Assembly (NCBI GenBank): GCA_051294375.1
Contig: CM119263.1
Coordinates: 11,819,130-11,883,129 of the forward strand
DNA from: Paraspadella gotoi
Taxonomy: Eukaryota; Animalia; Chaetognatha
DNA length: 64,000 bases
Direction: 5' to 3'
Below are positions 12,748 through 28,030 of this stretch, in pieces (within the stretch, counting starts at the first letter, position 1; each line of letters starts with the position of its first letter). A program made the translations under genes and the position numbers. Below the pieces are notes generated by a model. It searched no databases, was not told the origin of the DNA, and was given only the letters and a program-made list of their open reading frames with translations.

Positions 12748-13157
12748 GCCTTCAACATCTGTCGACGTGGCAATCGAAGCTGTTTTTCAAAGTATAGTAA
12801 CAGAAGTGTCTTCAAAATAGTTGTTATCTTTTCCAGACGATATGTTTATTATTCAGAGGTTATCAGTGAGTTGTCAAGTCGGTTCAATGCTCGGTCGAAC
12901 ATTTAAATTAATACGAATCAAATCGGAAGCAATTCTTCATTACTGTCGGCCCTGATTTCTCCGCCGTCTTACTTATACATAGTTAAAAATGTTAAATTAT
13001 TTCATACGACATATTTCAACTTGGCCCCTCTCAACCTTCCACGCTCTCTTCACCTGCCACAAGCGCACCGGAGCGTATACAAATACATCTTCCTACATCG
13101 GGGTTTACGTTTGTTTACTTCGTTCGCCAACTTTCATCTAATCCATCTTTTCGGCGG

Positions 13158-14401
<1,244 letters not shown>

Positions 14402-14856
14402 GAGGGAGGTTCATCTTTTTCGGAGCCTTCTCCATGAAAGTTATTTCCCCCCGAGGTGAAACTAATACTAAAAGGAAAAAAATAGTTCTGACTTTCTACA
14501 CGAAACGATCTCAACGCTATTTGAAATTAATAATTCTCAAGACCTGTTCGCCAATAAACTTGGAAGCTCGCTAATCACTCTAATTCTACCAGTAAATTTT
14601 CACGGACGGGGCAAAAGTTTACGTTAAATCCTAAGTCCTAATAAGTTAATTATAACTTTAGGGTTAGTATTTCTTGTAAAACTTGAATATTAAATAGATA
14701 TTCAGATAACCATGGGCGGCCGTATAGGTATACTTTTTGGCCCGAAAGTTACTATTTTATTTTTTTTAGGATGCCACAATAACAATAGTTTGGAACAATG
14801 ATTTTGACAATTCCTATTCGCGACGCGTCATGCGATCAATCGGTCAAACGATGTAC

Positions 14857-14933
14857 CTCGACTTCCTCCTTGCCGAGTCCCATCCCGCGGACGACGTCCC
14901 CCATTTCCATCTTCGTGATAGTTCCGTCTCCAT
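14857..14933 (-). CDS. Calmodulin-like EF-hand protein, exon 2 (EF1 loop)
   Basis: caAG acceptor, GAG|GTACAT donor. DGDGTITKMEMGDVVRGMGLGKEEVE (calmodulin DGDGTITTKELGTVMRSLG). Confidence 0.9.
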
Positions 14934-15064
14934 CTTGTTTTGGACGTAAAAACGAAAATGAACATTAGAGTGGAGCACTCAAGAACAAAAAATTTATTTG
15001 AATGATAGAACAAAGATATTTAGAAATAAGATAGTATGATTAACTAGTACAAAAATATTTCGTT

Positions 15065-15570
15065 CATATTGTTTTGGGAACAGAATAGTAAAATACAATA
15101 TATTTGTAGTAATATTCTTATGAAATAGTAAATTTTAAAAATAATTTTTTTTAAACTTTTAATAAAGATTCAGATTTTTTATAAAAAGTTGAATCAAAAA
15201 TATAAAACATGTTATAAAAAATTCTGTCATCTTCAACGTTTAAAACGGGAAAAAGGTGAAAATTTCTTACTTTTTATTCTCTGTAGTAAAAACTTATATA
15301 TATTAAAACGTTTTAGTCATTTTTTGTGATCCAAACATTAAAATATCATTTAATATATTTTATAAAAGTTTTTTATTTTTTATGGCAAATCCAAATCTGT
15401 TTTTAAAAATTAAAAAAAAATATTTTGNNNNNNNNNNTTTAGTTTTTTATGGCGAATCCAAATCTGTTTTTAAAAATTAAAAAAATTATTTTGAAATTTA
15501 ACGATTTTATAAGGATATTACTAAATAAATAATAGAATTTACTATACTGTTATGCTAAAAACAATTTATA
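15065..15570. mobile_element. AT-rich MITE/foldback-like element with degenerate ~130-bp inverted ends
   Basis: 15065-15190 (attgtttt..aacagaatagtaaaatacaata..tagtaatattcttatgaaatagtaaattttaaaaataattttt..agattcagatttttataaaaa) aligns by eye with the reverse complement of ~15440-15570. Confidence 0.5.
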
Positions 15571-15821
15571 AGGATTTAAAATTTATTAATTACATGCCCA
15601 TATGCAGCAAAAAAATGATGTTCAATCACTAAATCTTTTCATCACTACACCCTAATGAACATATTTGGTTGAATAGGACCGATAACTCCGAGCGAATGTC
15701 AAGAGGACATGGATGGCGGTTTATTTTGGTAGCAATTCGACTGTTTTTCTTTTCCTTGATGACAAATCTTATTACGATGATGATGACGATAAATTTTTTA
15801 CCATAATGTAGAGGATAATAC

Positions 15822-15885
15822 CTTTGTCGAAGATCTTGAAAGCAGCCTTTAGTTCTTTGATTTGTTCATTGGATAGAATTTCCAT
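15822..15885 (-). CDS. Calmodulin-like EF-hand protein, exon 1
   Basis: ATG at 15885. MEILSNEQIKELKAAFKIFDK then G|GTATTA donor. Aligns to calmodulin LTEEQIAEFKEAFSLFDK. Confidence 0.9.
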
Positions 15886-17096
15886 GATTTTTTCCCCTTT
15901 TTCCTGGATTTTTGGAAGTTCGTTTTTTCGGTCTAAGTTTAATTTTTATAATATAGAAATAATGCGCGGCCTCGTGGATTTGATTTATTTAATTTCCTGG
16001 CGCGTTTTGATATCCATGGAAGAAAGTTTATTTCGTAAAATTTTTTTTTGAAATTGTTTATAACTTGATATGTTTAAACAACTTCCCAAAAAGACGGAAC
16101 GTATTCTTTTTCTCAAGTTAATCGGAGGTTTCGTATTTTATTTTATTTTAACTATTAAAAAGATTCTTTGTCTGATTTAAACTGTCTTTTGTTTTTCCGT
16201 TAAGCCGAGTTAAGAAAGAGGTCGGTAGCGTTCAGTAATTTTTCCTATTTCTGTTTGTCCTTTTTTTTTCAATCGTTTTAGCATTGTGATCCAAACCTAA
16301 GCCTTAGGTTAAGGCAAAGTTTGATAATTACAGTTGAAACATTTCCTAATTACAATACAATATCTTTATCCTGGCAGTTTTCATTGTAATTTTCATTCTT
16401 TAACTTTGTTGCTTACTCTTTTTCCTCTGTGTTATTCCCTATACCATAAATTATGCCAAAAGCTATGCCTTAAATTTCCCGAGGCGATCGTCCAACGTGG
16501 ATTAAATATTTTATTTTTTGAACACTGAGATAAAAATATTGACGAGATGTAAGTACTTCAAATTCATCAGTCAAGCGTGGAAAAAGGGAGGCACAAGGGG
16601 AGAGAAAGTGAGGACTGAGCCTCAGTCCTCACTGAGGAATGGAGAGAGAGATAGAGATGGTTTAAGACTCTGAAGAACATCATCCATCATTGTCAATCTT
16701 TCGCATTTGATATAAAAAATTGCTGCGTCATAAATGCTCCAAGTGAAGATACTTTAAGCGAAGCGAGTGGGGCGGCCAGGAAATCTGTGAGGCCGTAGTG
16801 TAGGAGACAACCTAAAACCAAAGAGACGGAATCCAAGATGTGGTCTAAATAAAGAGTGACAAGGAAGACACAGCCGGATGTGCCGAAGACAAAAAAGCAG
16901 AAAGAGACGAAAAAATAGTACCTGAAAAATGTATTGTTGTTCCATGATTTTCCATTGAAATTAACTTATTAGAATTTTTTGACTTTCTGTCTCTTTTTTT
17001 CCCCAATTTCTCTTTCATATATTTTCAGACTCTTGGAAATTGTTCGACGCGCCTCCCACGCAGTTTGTCTCGTCGCCCACACACAAATCGTTCACG

Positions 17097-17158
<62 letters not shown>

Positions 17159-17745
17159 ACCCCATCGAACTCTTTACCTTTCCTCAACTTTCTTTTTGGT
17201 TTACCTTTACAAACCAGGGTTTTTTCGTTACAATTTCAATGTACATAAACTTTCGCAAACTCTTGAAATCTACTGTCTTGTGAGTCATCCATTGCTTCCC
17301 CTTGTTTTTCCCGTCTCTGAAAAAATCATTTTTGCTGGTGACCGAGCTTCCGTGAGACGCGGTGGTCCATTGTCCCAGGTATGACCAAATTGACCATATT
17401 TAATCATTGCGTGCTGATAGTTTTTTTCCTATCTGTTCACCAACACTAAATATCCAACAACTTATAATATCTCAACTTGACTTCCGACATCTCCAGACCC
17501 TTTCCTTTCGTCTGCTCACTTCACGGTTCTCACCTCTCCTCTCGTTAAAAAGTCCCTCACGTTTTCCGTCGAACATTACAAGTCGCGGCACTTATCGTTA
17601 TTCATCCTTTTTGGCTTCGTTCCAATCCCCAGCGATCTACTCCGCCCGAAACAGAAGCCCGACTCCGCCTCGCTCATCGCGCGGGGCCTCACCCTCCCGT
17701 CGTCGTCGTCAGTCCCGTTTCTTCTCCTTCTCCTCCTATTCCTCC

Positions 17746-17778
<33 letters not shown>

Positions 17779-18121
17779 CCCTAATCTCCATAACCAGTTT
17801 TAACCATTTCTCTTCCAAACGGATCGACCACCAAAACCAAAATACTTGTTATTATGAACAATTGTACATAAATTAATATATTGTATGTATTGTATTGTAT
17901 TGTACGTATTTACTATGTACTATATCTCCGCCTATTAGATAACATTCTAGCAATATATACATCGATTCCACAACGCCACAGTCACCCACTTCCACAATCA
18001 CATTTCGACCTCGCTCCGCCCACAGACTTCTTCTCGCCTCTCGGACTGACCAATGATTCAGTCAGTTGGTGCCTTTTTGCCATAAAAGTGTCTAGGTACG
18101 TTCCATCACTCTGCCCGGGTC

Positions 18122-18228
<107 letters not shown>

Positions 18229-18393
18229 CCCCCTCATGCGCGAGCCGAGGTTTGTCTATTCAATGCATTCAATGTAAACAATGTAGCGAGGGGCGAGGGT
18301 TGGTACCTCTCAAGACCCTCGAAGAAATCCCGATCGTGACGCAATCGTCACGCAATCGCGTCACGACTGTCACGTCAAAAGTCTCTATCTCTC

Positions 18394-18680
18394 TCACACA
18401 CGCACACACACATATTATTTAGTAAAAAAAAAGAAAAAGAAAAAATTAAGAATAGCAAGCAAAACTGAGGACAAAGCTCTTCTCAGTGTTTTTAGAAATA
18501 ACGAACGTTAAACCTTAAAAGTAAAAAGGAAAAAAAGGTTCCTTGTTTGTTTACTTGCCATCCTTCTGAAGTTAGGAGAAAACACTGAGAAGAGCTTTGT
18601 CCTCAGTTTTGCTTGCTTTTCTTATTTTTTTTTTTTTCTTTTTTTTTTTACTAAATAATATGTGTGGTGTGCGTGTGTGA
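18394..18680. repeat. ~100-bp inverted repeat ending at a 25-N gap
   Basis: 18394-18492 is approximately the reverse complement of 18579-18680. Gap at 18681-18705. Confidence 0.85.
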
Positions 18681-20129
18681 NNNNNNNNNNNNNNNNNNNN
18701 NNNNNCATTAGGCGCATGCACAAAGGCAATATACTCAAGTGTTTTTCGTTCCATTGTTTTTAATTTGTCTTCTACCGGACGCAAATAACTTATGAAGCGA
18801 AAACAAAAATCTTTCTAACGAATGGTCATTAAAGTCGCCAGAACGAGCCCTTCATGGTGAGCGGTATCCCTTGATATATCCCCCTGGTACACCAGTACTT
18901 ATGAATGGTAATTTTAGTATTCCTTTTCATAAAGTACATACTATCTGATAAAATTACAGAAAAAAAAAAAATAGAACTGAAAGACGACAGACGAAGTAAC
19001 TTAAAATTGTCAGCCCGTTTCAAATCTTTCCCTCAAGAAAACTCACTTTACGCTTGATAGAAAGTACAGTCGTCTCGCTTTGCTTAACTCGTACGAGTCA
19101 AAACAAACATTTTTTGAGATTTCGGGTGAAGAAGAAGCGTCGAGTCGTGAAATTTGAGCTCGAGGCGAAAATGTGAAGAGATAAAACTTTATATTTTATT
19201 TTCTGATCATCTTCTCGCATACATTCATACATACTTCAGTGATTTTCTTTCCTGGCTTCGAGTTTTTCCGTTAGCCTCCTGCGGATGTGTTTTCTTGTTA
19301 AGATGGAAAAACAGTTTTTTTTTATTCGGGTGGAGAGGAGGGGGGAAAGGCGAGAGCGCTTGTATACCTGAATCGGGCTTGGTTTTTCTTTTTAAAGGTT
19401 CGACTTGGGGCAAAGCAAAGGCAAACGATGTCTTCAAAATCAAATTGTATTTTTCGGATTTTTTAAAAATAATTGTAACCGCATTTTTACATTTTATTGT
19501 TTGCATTCGGTATGATATAAGTTTTCAAAAAATATTTTTGATACGTATTTCCTCATTGCTGTGTGTGTATGTGTGTGTTCTTGTGTGTGTTTGTGCGTGT
19601 GACAGTGTGACACACACACCCCGTGTGTGTGGTGCGCTGCGCTTTGTTTCTTTCTCCGAATCCAAGGAATTGGATAGACTTTCCGTTGGTAACAAAGTTA
19701 AAATTGGAACAGGGTTTTATCGGAACCGAAGTTTCTTTCCGACCTTCTCGATTTAAAAGTCAATTTATCAACGTGGTTCTGGGTCAAAAAGAATCACGAG
19801 TGGACAAAACAACGACGACAACGACGTCGTCGTCGAGCAAATAAGAAAAAAAAGGAACGTAATTCATTCTAAACGATACAAGCGTTTTACATAATTCATT
19901 CTCCTCGATGCTGTGCGAGGATTAGATGTCTTTTTACGTCATAGATTTAATAATAAAAATAAAATCGTTAAAAAAAAAAATTTGAAAAAAAAAGGATCAC
20001 AGTATAATTTTCGTTTTAGGGTTTATTTGTGCCCGCTGTTAATCAAATGAAAGCAGCTTTTCTCTGATGTTGTTCCAGTTTCCCAACTGTTAACGCCCCC
20101 TGTCGTCCGACTCATGACTGTTTTGCCGG

Positions 20130-20490
20130 CATATCGTCACCTTCGCCTTCTTCCTCATTTCCTTCTCCGTCGTTTTCGTTTTTGTCGCTTTCGTCCTTGT
20201 CTTTTTCGTCTTTGGCATTTTCGTCCTTGTCAGTTTTTTTTTCGTCGTTTTTGTCTTCATTGTTTTTGTCCTTGTCAATTTTTTCTTTGCCATATTTATC
20301 TTCGTCATTTTCTTCTTTGACGTTTTTGTCCTTATCATTTTTGTCTTTGCCATCTTCGTCTTTGTCATATTCGCATGCACATTGTTTCCGTCTTAGTCTT
20401 CTTCATCGTTTTTGTCTTCGTCGTTTTCGTCCTGGTCGTTTTCGTCTTCGATCACGTCATCGATTTCGTCTTAGTCGTTGTCGTCGTCCT
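20130..20490. repeat. Degenerate (TTTGTC/TTCGTC)n hexamer-based minisatellite
   Basis: Recurrent tttgtc/ttcgtc/cttgtc units, giving spurious K/T-rich and V/F-rich ORFs. Confidence 0.75.
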
Positions 20491-20952
20491 CTCATTCGAT
20501 CAAGATTCGCCCACGCGTCTTAGTCGTCGCAACCCCATTTCCTCCTTTCCTCTTCCTATTTCTTTCCCATCTCAAACACTCATCGCCCTTCTCCATCTTT
20601 TCTTTTCTTTCTCTATCAACTCCGCGCTTCTCCATCTTATATTTTCTTTCTCTATCAAATCCGCGCTTTTCCTTCCTCAAATCCCTTTCTTCCTCTTTTG
20701 CCTCCGGCCCTCCCCACATTTTTGCTCTCCTCTCTCGATTCCCCACTTCCCATTCTTTCCATTTATTCCTCATTCATAATCACGCTTCTCCACCCGATAT
20801 TCGGATTCAAATAATCGATGGCGCGTACGTCATAGACCCTCGCCACGCCGTTGACTCGACGGTGAATCGAAACGGTGAATCGCCGACGAATCGCTATCTC
20901 GAACCATCCACGCGCCCACGTTGACGTCATTTTTAATCGGATTTGTTTTCCT

Positions 20953-21069
<117 letters not shown>

Positions 21070-21947
21070 GAATACAGAACCAGCATGTGCTGTTCCTATA
21101 GCGATACTAACCTCACTCTTGCCCTGCATTCTCTGCCCTAAAAATAGAATACATTTTGAAACCGCGTAACAGGAAAAGAAATGAGGATCTTATTAAATTT
21201 GATCTTCGGAGGTTCCAATCTCACCGCTGCCACCACATTTCAGTAAGAAGACAGAGATTTCAACATGAAACAAAAGTGGAATTTATTTAAAGAAAAGTAG
21301 ACATGAAGACAGTTTCAATATTTGGACAGAATGAATTGGTACAAAAACCGATACAATTAATACAGGGCAAGTGGATCAGAGACGTGAGTAGAATTTCCTG
21401 GCGGATGGAAGGCCATCCTCCTATTAGCCGGTTCCATCTGACTCTCGACCAATCAGAGAGCTCGATTCCATTTTGTTGATTTCTTCGCGAATCTTCGATC
21501 CGATTCCATCCGGTTCCATTCGATTCCATCCGGTTCCATTCGATTCTACCTTTTAAGTTTCTAGATCTCCTGTAATGTTAGTATGATAATGTATGTTATT
21601 ATCTACTTACTAGTGGACTTTAATCTAATTTAGTGATCCAGAGTAAAACCATATGCAAATACACCTCTACTATTTTTCTTAAATATTATTCTCCCTACCA
21701 AGAAGAAACGCCCTTCATCACCTGGATTATGTGCACGAGGCTCGAAAAAAAAAATCTTGGGTAACCGGGATTCAGGAGCTTTTCTCCGGCGAAATATCAT
21801 CACCATCTGGACTAAAAATTGTCAAGGAAATCTCGGGGAAATTAAAATTTAAATCTCGCGTTGATGAGGAGAGGAAAGTTTAACATTTCCGGTCCTCACC
21901 GGGGTTTTTTTTTCCCAATATGCCACGCGTTGAAATCGTTAAGACGC

Positions 21948-21979
<32 letters not shown>

Positions 21980-23571
21980 ACGAGATGGACGTCCTTTGCA
22001 ACGTCATCGAGAAAGAGAAAACGGCGTGGCAAAGAAAACATAGCTGTATAATAGTGTATATATGAAAGGGGAGTCAACATTTTTTTTAGGAGAAAGATTG
22101 AAAGTAGAAAGGAAAAGTAGAAAATGAAAGCCTCCAAGTTTCCGCGGCGAAATAAAAGTAAAGTTACTGGAGGGGAAGAAAGTGGCAACCGAGCGATTGC
22201 GGGCAGAAAGGGTGAAAAAAAAAGTCTCATTAAGAAAAGGGGAAGTGAAAGACGGAGAAAAACTAAACGAAAGAAAAAAGGGACAAGCATTGAAAAACTA
22301 AGTTGGCTGACTCTCTCTCTCTGAAAAAGAAACAAATGAGTAATGAATGTGAAAACAAGTAAAGGGTTTTTTTAAAAGGTTATGACGTATGGAAGACAAC
22401 GAAACGACAAAGGTAAAAAGTAAGCAGTGAAAAGTGTCTTTCTTTTGCGGTGAATTCTTTCGCGGCTTTCCTTAGCCTTTCCTTTCCTCCCTCGTTCACA
22501 CTTCATGAGCCTCTTTGTGCGCTTTTCGATTTTCCTCTTCACAGTCTGGGAGGGTATGAAGACTGAGGAGGAAAGAAAAGAAGGAATGGAAAAGATAATT
22601 GTGAGAAGCCAAATCTCCGGAAAACCCCGAGGAGATAAAAAACGAAAAAAAAAAAACAGATAAAGAAAAAAAATAAAGAAGAATACTATTAAAAATGAAT
22701 AACGCAAATATATGGTAGAAAGTATTAGAAAGTAAAGTGAATCTAAGGATCTCAGGATTTTAAAAATTAATTCTTATCTAAAAAAAATATAAATAACTTA
22801 GAACAATAGGGAAAGCCTATGTAGGCTCTGTAAAGTTAAAATATAGGAAAAGCCTAAGCTTAAGGGTTGAACTCCGTAAAGAAAATACGAAAAAAATGGA
22901 AATGTGAAATGAATAGAGCGCCTCCTCACCTGGTGACGGCTGCCACGCCTACGCTGACGACGACCATTCGAACGACGCCAAGTCAGCTGTCAATGTCGCC
23001 GTCTTCCTTTCGAGGTTGTGAACTTCATCACCGTCTACCTCACCATTGTGAACGACTTAACCACCTCGTAGCCTAATTTGTGACCAACGTCATTGTGGCA
23101 AAATCCAAACAAATCATAAAAAATGTTTACCGTTCATGGCGAAGAATTATGTCAATCTTAAAATTACACAATTAATGCTAAATGATCTTTTTTAGTACTG
23201 AATGTATGTATTTTCAAGTGTTTTGTAGAACTATTTTATAAGAATATATATATATTTTTTTGAATACTGTGGCGTAAGTGAAAACGGAAAAGCAATATTT
23301 TGCACGGCTGCACACCACCTTTCCCTTGCAACAATCAAATCTTGCAACGGTCATTAACTGCGACATCATTAAATCTTGCCGTTGATGGAGCCACTGAGAG
23401 AGATTCATTACCGATACAAACGAACCCAGTTTATCCTTTCTCTTTTATTTGTGTGGTTAGTTTTATTATTATTTATGTTTTATTTCTTTATTTTTTTTTT
23501 CTTTTTGCTTGCCTCTCGATTATTTCTTCTTATTACTCACAACCTTTTGGCTTGCCTATCTCTCTTTTCGG

Positions 23572-23648
<77 letters not shown>

Positions 23649-23851
23649 ATATTACTTCCTTCTCCTTTTCTTGTTCTCTCCACTGCGCTTGACGATCTCA
23701 CGCCACGTTGAAGCTCGTTTCCATGGTGAGGGCGCAGCAATGGAAACCAGCCACCATCGTTGCCAGCGTCAGCACGCCGCGATGAGACAAGAAGACGACG
23801 GCGACGCGACGACGACCCACGTCGTGGCACCAGACCTAAACATGTGGAGTA

Positions 23852-23901
<50 letters not shown>

Positions 23902-23907
23902 CTCTCT

Positions 23908-23945
<38 letters not shown>

Positions 23946-23954
23946 CTCCTCCTC

Positions 23955-23985
<31 letters not shown>

Positions 23986-26900
23986 GCCTGGAATTGACAA
24001 AACAGAAAAAATATAATTACGACAATTTCTTTTCACCTACTATTTTTTCCTTCTGTAGTGGTTTTAAAAATATTTATAACACGAGAAAAAGTGGCACTCG
24101 TATAATTTTTGCTTATTACTATTATTTGACATATACTCTTATCTCTTCTCTCTACTCTGACACTACTCGTCACCGAAACCGCGATCCCTGAACCGGCTTA
24201 CTTCGTCAAAGCTGCCACAAAAAATCCGGGATTCGGCGTTCGCGGCATCGTCTCGCAACTGAGGACAGATTAAGTATAAGTGGTAGAAAAAATCAAACTA
24301 ACTTGTAAATGCATATACTTATACAAGTATTTATCCATTTCGTAAAATAACATTTTAACTAGACGTAGAATCTTCGCTTAAAAAAAAAGATTTCACATTT
24401 TTCTTAAATAGGAAAGATTGTCCTTTAAAATCGACTAACCGGACAAAATGCAAATCAAATGAAGATATGCCCAGAATATTCGGGTAAAAACAGTTGTTAA
24501 AACAGCACGATTCGCGATTAGGGTTATATCTTAAGAGCAGCGCAAATTCGTTTTATGGATTGATAAAGGAGTTTAATATCAAAGCAGAGCCGGGGAAAGC
24601 ACTAGTCTCTCCGTGAGAATTTTTCAAAACCTTGTTTTACTATGAGAAATGAGAAAGGGAAATTTTGCTTTTGCAAAAATATGTAAACGAGGGCTAGGGT
24701 ATGTTAAATTATAAATATTTACTCGAATTTGTTGAGAATTTAAAAGCCTCTTGTCTCAAGAGCTTGCCAAATTTTTCTTTTCATTATTGACCAAACTCTT
24801 CATAGTAAACCAAGCATTGTAAAGTCCATTGGCTTGGTTTAGAGCAACATGAAATTTTTATTTAATAAGAAATTAAAAGGAAGGTTGAGAGAAAACTGAC
24901 TGTTTTCCTGATATCTCTATGAAGGAACAAACGATACAGGGATGGGCAATAGCTTACAGAAAATGAAGCCATAATCATTAGGCACATACAAGTTACCAAT
25001 ATGTAGAATTTTTTTGCTGAACCTCTTTAAAGGGTTGAGTGTCAAAACTGAAGGTAAAATTATACATGAATTTTTAAAACTAATGAAACCCCATAAAATA
25101 AATGAAAATTAATTCTTTTTAGGTGATTCTGAAAGAAAAGCTAAATTGTACTAATAGTGAAAGAACTTTAAAGTTTTTTGGATAAAGAGAATATAATTTT
25201 TTTACTTTAATAATATTTGCTTCAGCTGATGATTACAACGGATGTTACAAATGATTCCAAAATCATTATTCACGCACATCACGAAGCCTAAACTATTATC
25301 TTTCTTTTCCACCAGCAAAAAGTAAACATTGATTTTATGTAGATGAACAGGGATGTTTACGAAATGAGCTGGAAGACGTTCAACTACTTCACATTTAATG
25401 TCATTTTTATTCAATAAATACAAATGGAGGCGAAATCTTTTAATTATTTAGAACTTCACAGAGTTCACAAGACAATTTTACTTTCATAAATATCCCAAAT
25501 AAAGTATATTGTATTCGATTATATTTCTTTTACGCAAAAAGTCATAACAATAACAGAAAGTTATGATTCCCTTCGTCATCGGTTTAGAGAAAAAAAATTA
25601 ACTTTGCGGAATTCTAAGTTTGTAAGAGGAAGTCAGCAATCGGCGAAAAGTCTTAAAAGGCGCAGAATGTTTGAAAAAAAGGGGTGGTTTTGAGTGGTCT
25701 TCCTTAAGATTTCTCCAACAAATGTGAGTGACTCTAACAGGCGTAAACTTGAGATTTACAATATTTCCAAAGTCTACTTCACATCTATCGAATAAACAAT
25801 AATATAAGAAAAAGTCACTCTGGTCCCGCTCTCTTTTCTATAGCGGCTTATAATTGAACACTGTAAACATAACAACTTAAATGCCCATCAGTGGACATAA
25901 CGAGAACGTATCGTCCACGCACATTTTCTTTCAGTTAATTAAATATTTGATTTATTTCAATTAAAGTGACTTCTAGAGAAGAATTTTAATGAATCTTCAT
26001 TTTAAACCCGTCTCTTCATCTTAATTATTTCACGTCCCCATAATTAATATCTAATTAAAAAACTAGGGTAGAAAGTAATTTTTAACTTTATGTTTCACAG
26101 ATGCTCACTCTTTTTCCAGAAGACAAGACTAACGTCGTTCTCCGCGTTACATTATTAATATGTGAAATAAATCTAATAATAAAAATTTAATAATTAACTA
26201 AAATATTCTAAACTTTTTATATTAATTTTAAAATGTCTGGCAATATAGTAATTTTGTAATTTTCGTATAATTTACTTAAAATATGAAAACATGAAAAAAA
26301 TGCCCTCGGCCTCCCAATCAAAAAAAAGATTATTTTTGGCTCATGGGAATTTGATGACCCCCGATCAATTTCGTTAGTTACTTAAATGCGACGTTAAAGC
26401 AATGTTCTAAATAAGTATCTGAAAAAATTACAAAAATTACAAAGCGCCCCATTTAATTATGAATTCGGAATTTAAATTAGTTTTTAAGTTTAAATATTAA
26501 GTTAAAGGTAGGGTCAGGAATCAAGTTGGGGATTAAATTAAGAATTAGGATTAGGGATCCGGTTAGTGATTAGGATTAAGAATTAGGGTTAGAGATTAGA
26601 GATAAAGGCCTAGGGTTAGGGTTAAACCGCGTTCTCTGGGCACGGGCAAAATCTTCGCCGCGCGCATTCCGCGTGTCAGTCGAGGTCACGACGCGAAATC
26701 TCGCGTTCGTTCACTCCGCCTCTTGAGAGAGAGAGAGAGAGAGAGAGACTGAAGCGAATATGCAAACCGGCGCCGCTACTTCGATCACGCAATTACGTAT
26801 CCGTCTCGACAATTGAGCCGAACGAAGGGCGGATTTACGATCTACATTTTCTTTGGCGACAATTTTGTTTTTATAAATTAATCGCGGCGTTCAATTTTCA

Positions 26901-27166
26901 AACTTTAATTTACAACTACGAATTTTTTCGATTTTGAAAAATTGTGTAATTAGTCTGTATTAGTCTGTTTGTTCCATTTGCTAGACATCACTAATGCATA
27001 GAGAAGAATTTCACTGTTTTCTTTGCATCTTTTATTTCAGTGAACCTTTTTATCGGTCAACATTTTTCGTTTTTCGTAATATTCTTTCTCTTAGTCTTTA
27101 CTTTCTACCCTTCTCTCGATCATCTCCAGATCATTTTTTTCCTTACGAATATTCTGTTCACGTGAG

Positions 27167-27243
<77 letters not shown>

Positions 27244-27979
27244 TCTTTCTGATTATTTTCAATATTCTTTTTTTAGAACTGACTTCTCTCTCTCTTCCAT
27301 GTCACCTTTTAATCTCAGTCCCTAATATCATTTACAGTGTCTCGGAGAAACACACTAACTGCTTTGGTACAACGAATAAAAAAATTATCTATTCATTCAA
27401 TAAATAAGCAATTTTGCTCCTGACTTTGGACAGACTCAGTTAAAGTCTGTTGTCAGTTATCAGTCATCTGTTGTCCCTATCGCCACTGTTTTCTTCGCAA
27501 AGCCTAAGTGGCCTAATACACCATCCCGATGTGTGTCCCACTGTCGCTGAGATTTACATGTAGATGTAAGTGTGAGGGACTGGGTAACCCGCCGATTGGC
27601 ACGGGCCTGCCGCCAGATCCAAAGCACTGGACTACATGTCTCACTATTACTCAGTATTAGCACGTGGTGACAGCGGTGTGGGTTTGGCGTCCTTTTAAAC
27701 CTGTCTCTGATCTGGCTTCATCTACATGCGAGATAAATTTTTAAATTCTATCCGCTTTGGTACTAAAGCCTCTACTACACATTACCGAGAAAAGTAAATT
27801 GTTCTCGTTTGAACTGATTTTAAAATTAAAACAAGAAGAAATACCTACTAACTAGTTTCCATTTTCTCTTGTCTGTTTGAATACACGTGAGCTTTGCGCC
27901 CTCGCTGCTCCTTTTAATCTCAAGCACGGTGCTCCGATCGCTCTGCAACGTGTCTTTGTGAAATATCCCTTTTTCGCTT

Positions 27980-28030
<51 letters not shown>

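Noticed and set aside
12435-12797. + strand poly-His ORF (120 aa)
   Set aside because: Antisense shadow of the EF-hand exon 3 plus the (CAT)27 repeat.
20090-20779. Lys/Thr-rich, histone H1-like ORF and hydrophobic counterparts
   Set aside because: Explained by a degenerate hexamer minisatellite open in several frames.
27460-27730. GC-balanced segment resembling a SINE core
   Set aside because: Single copy in the window and no clear pol III boxes, so it cannot be supported without a repeat library.
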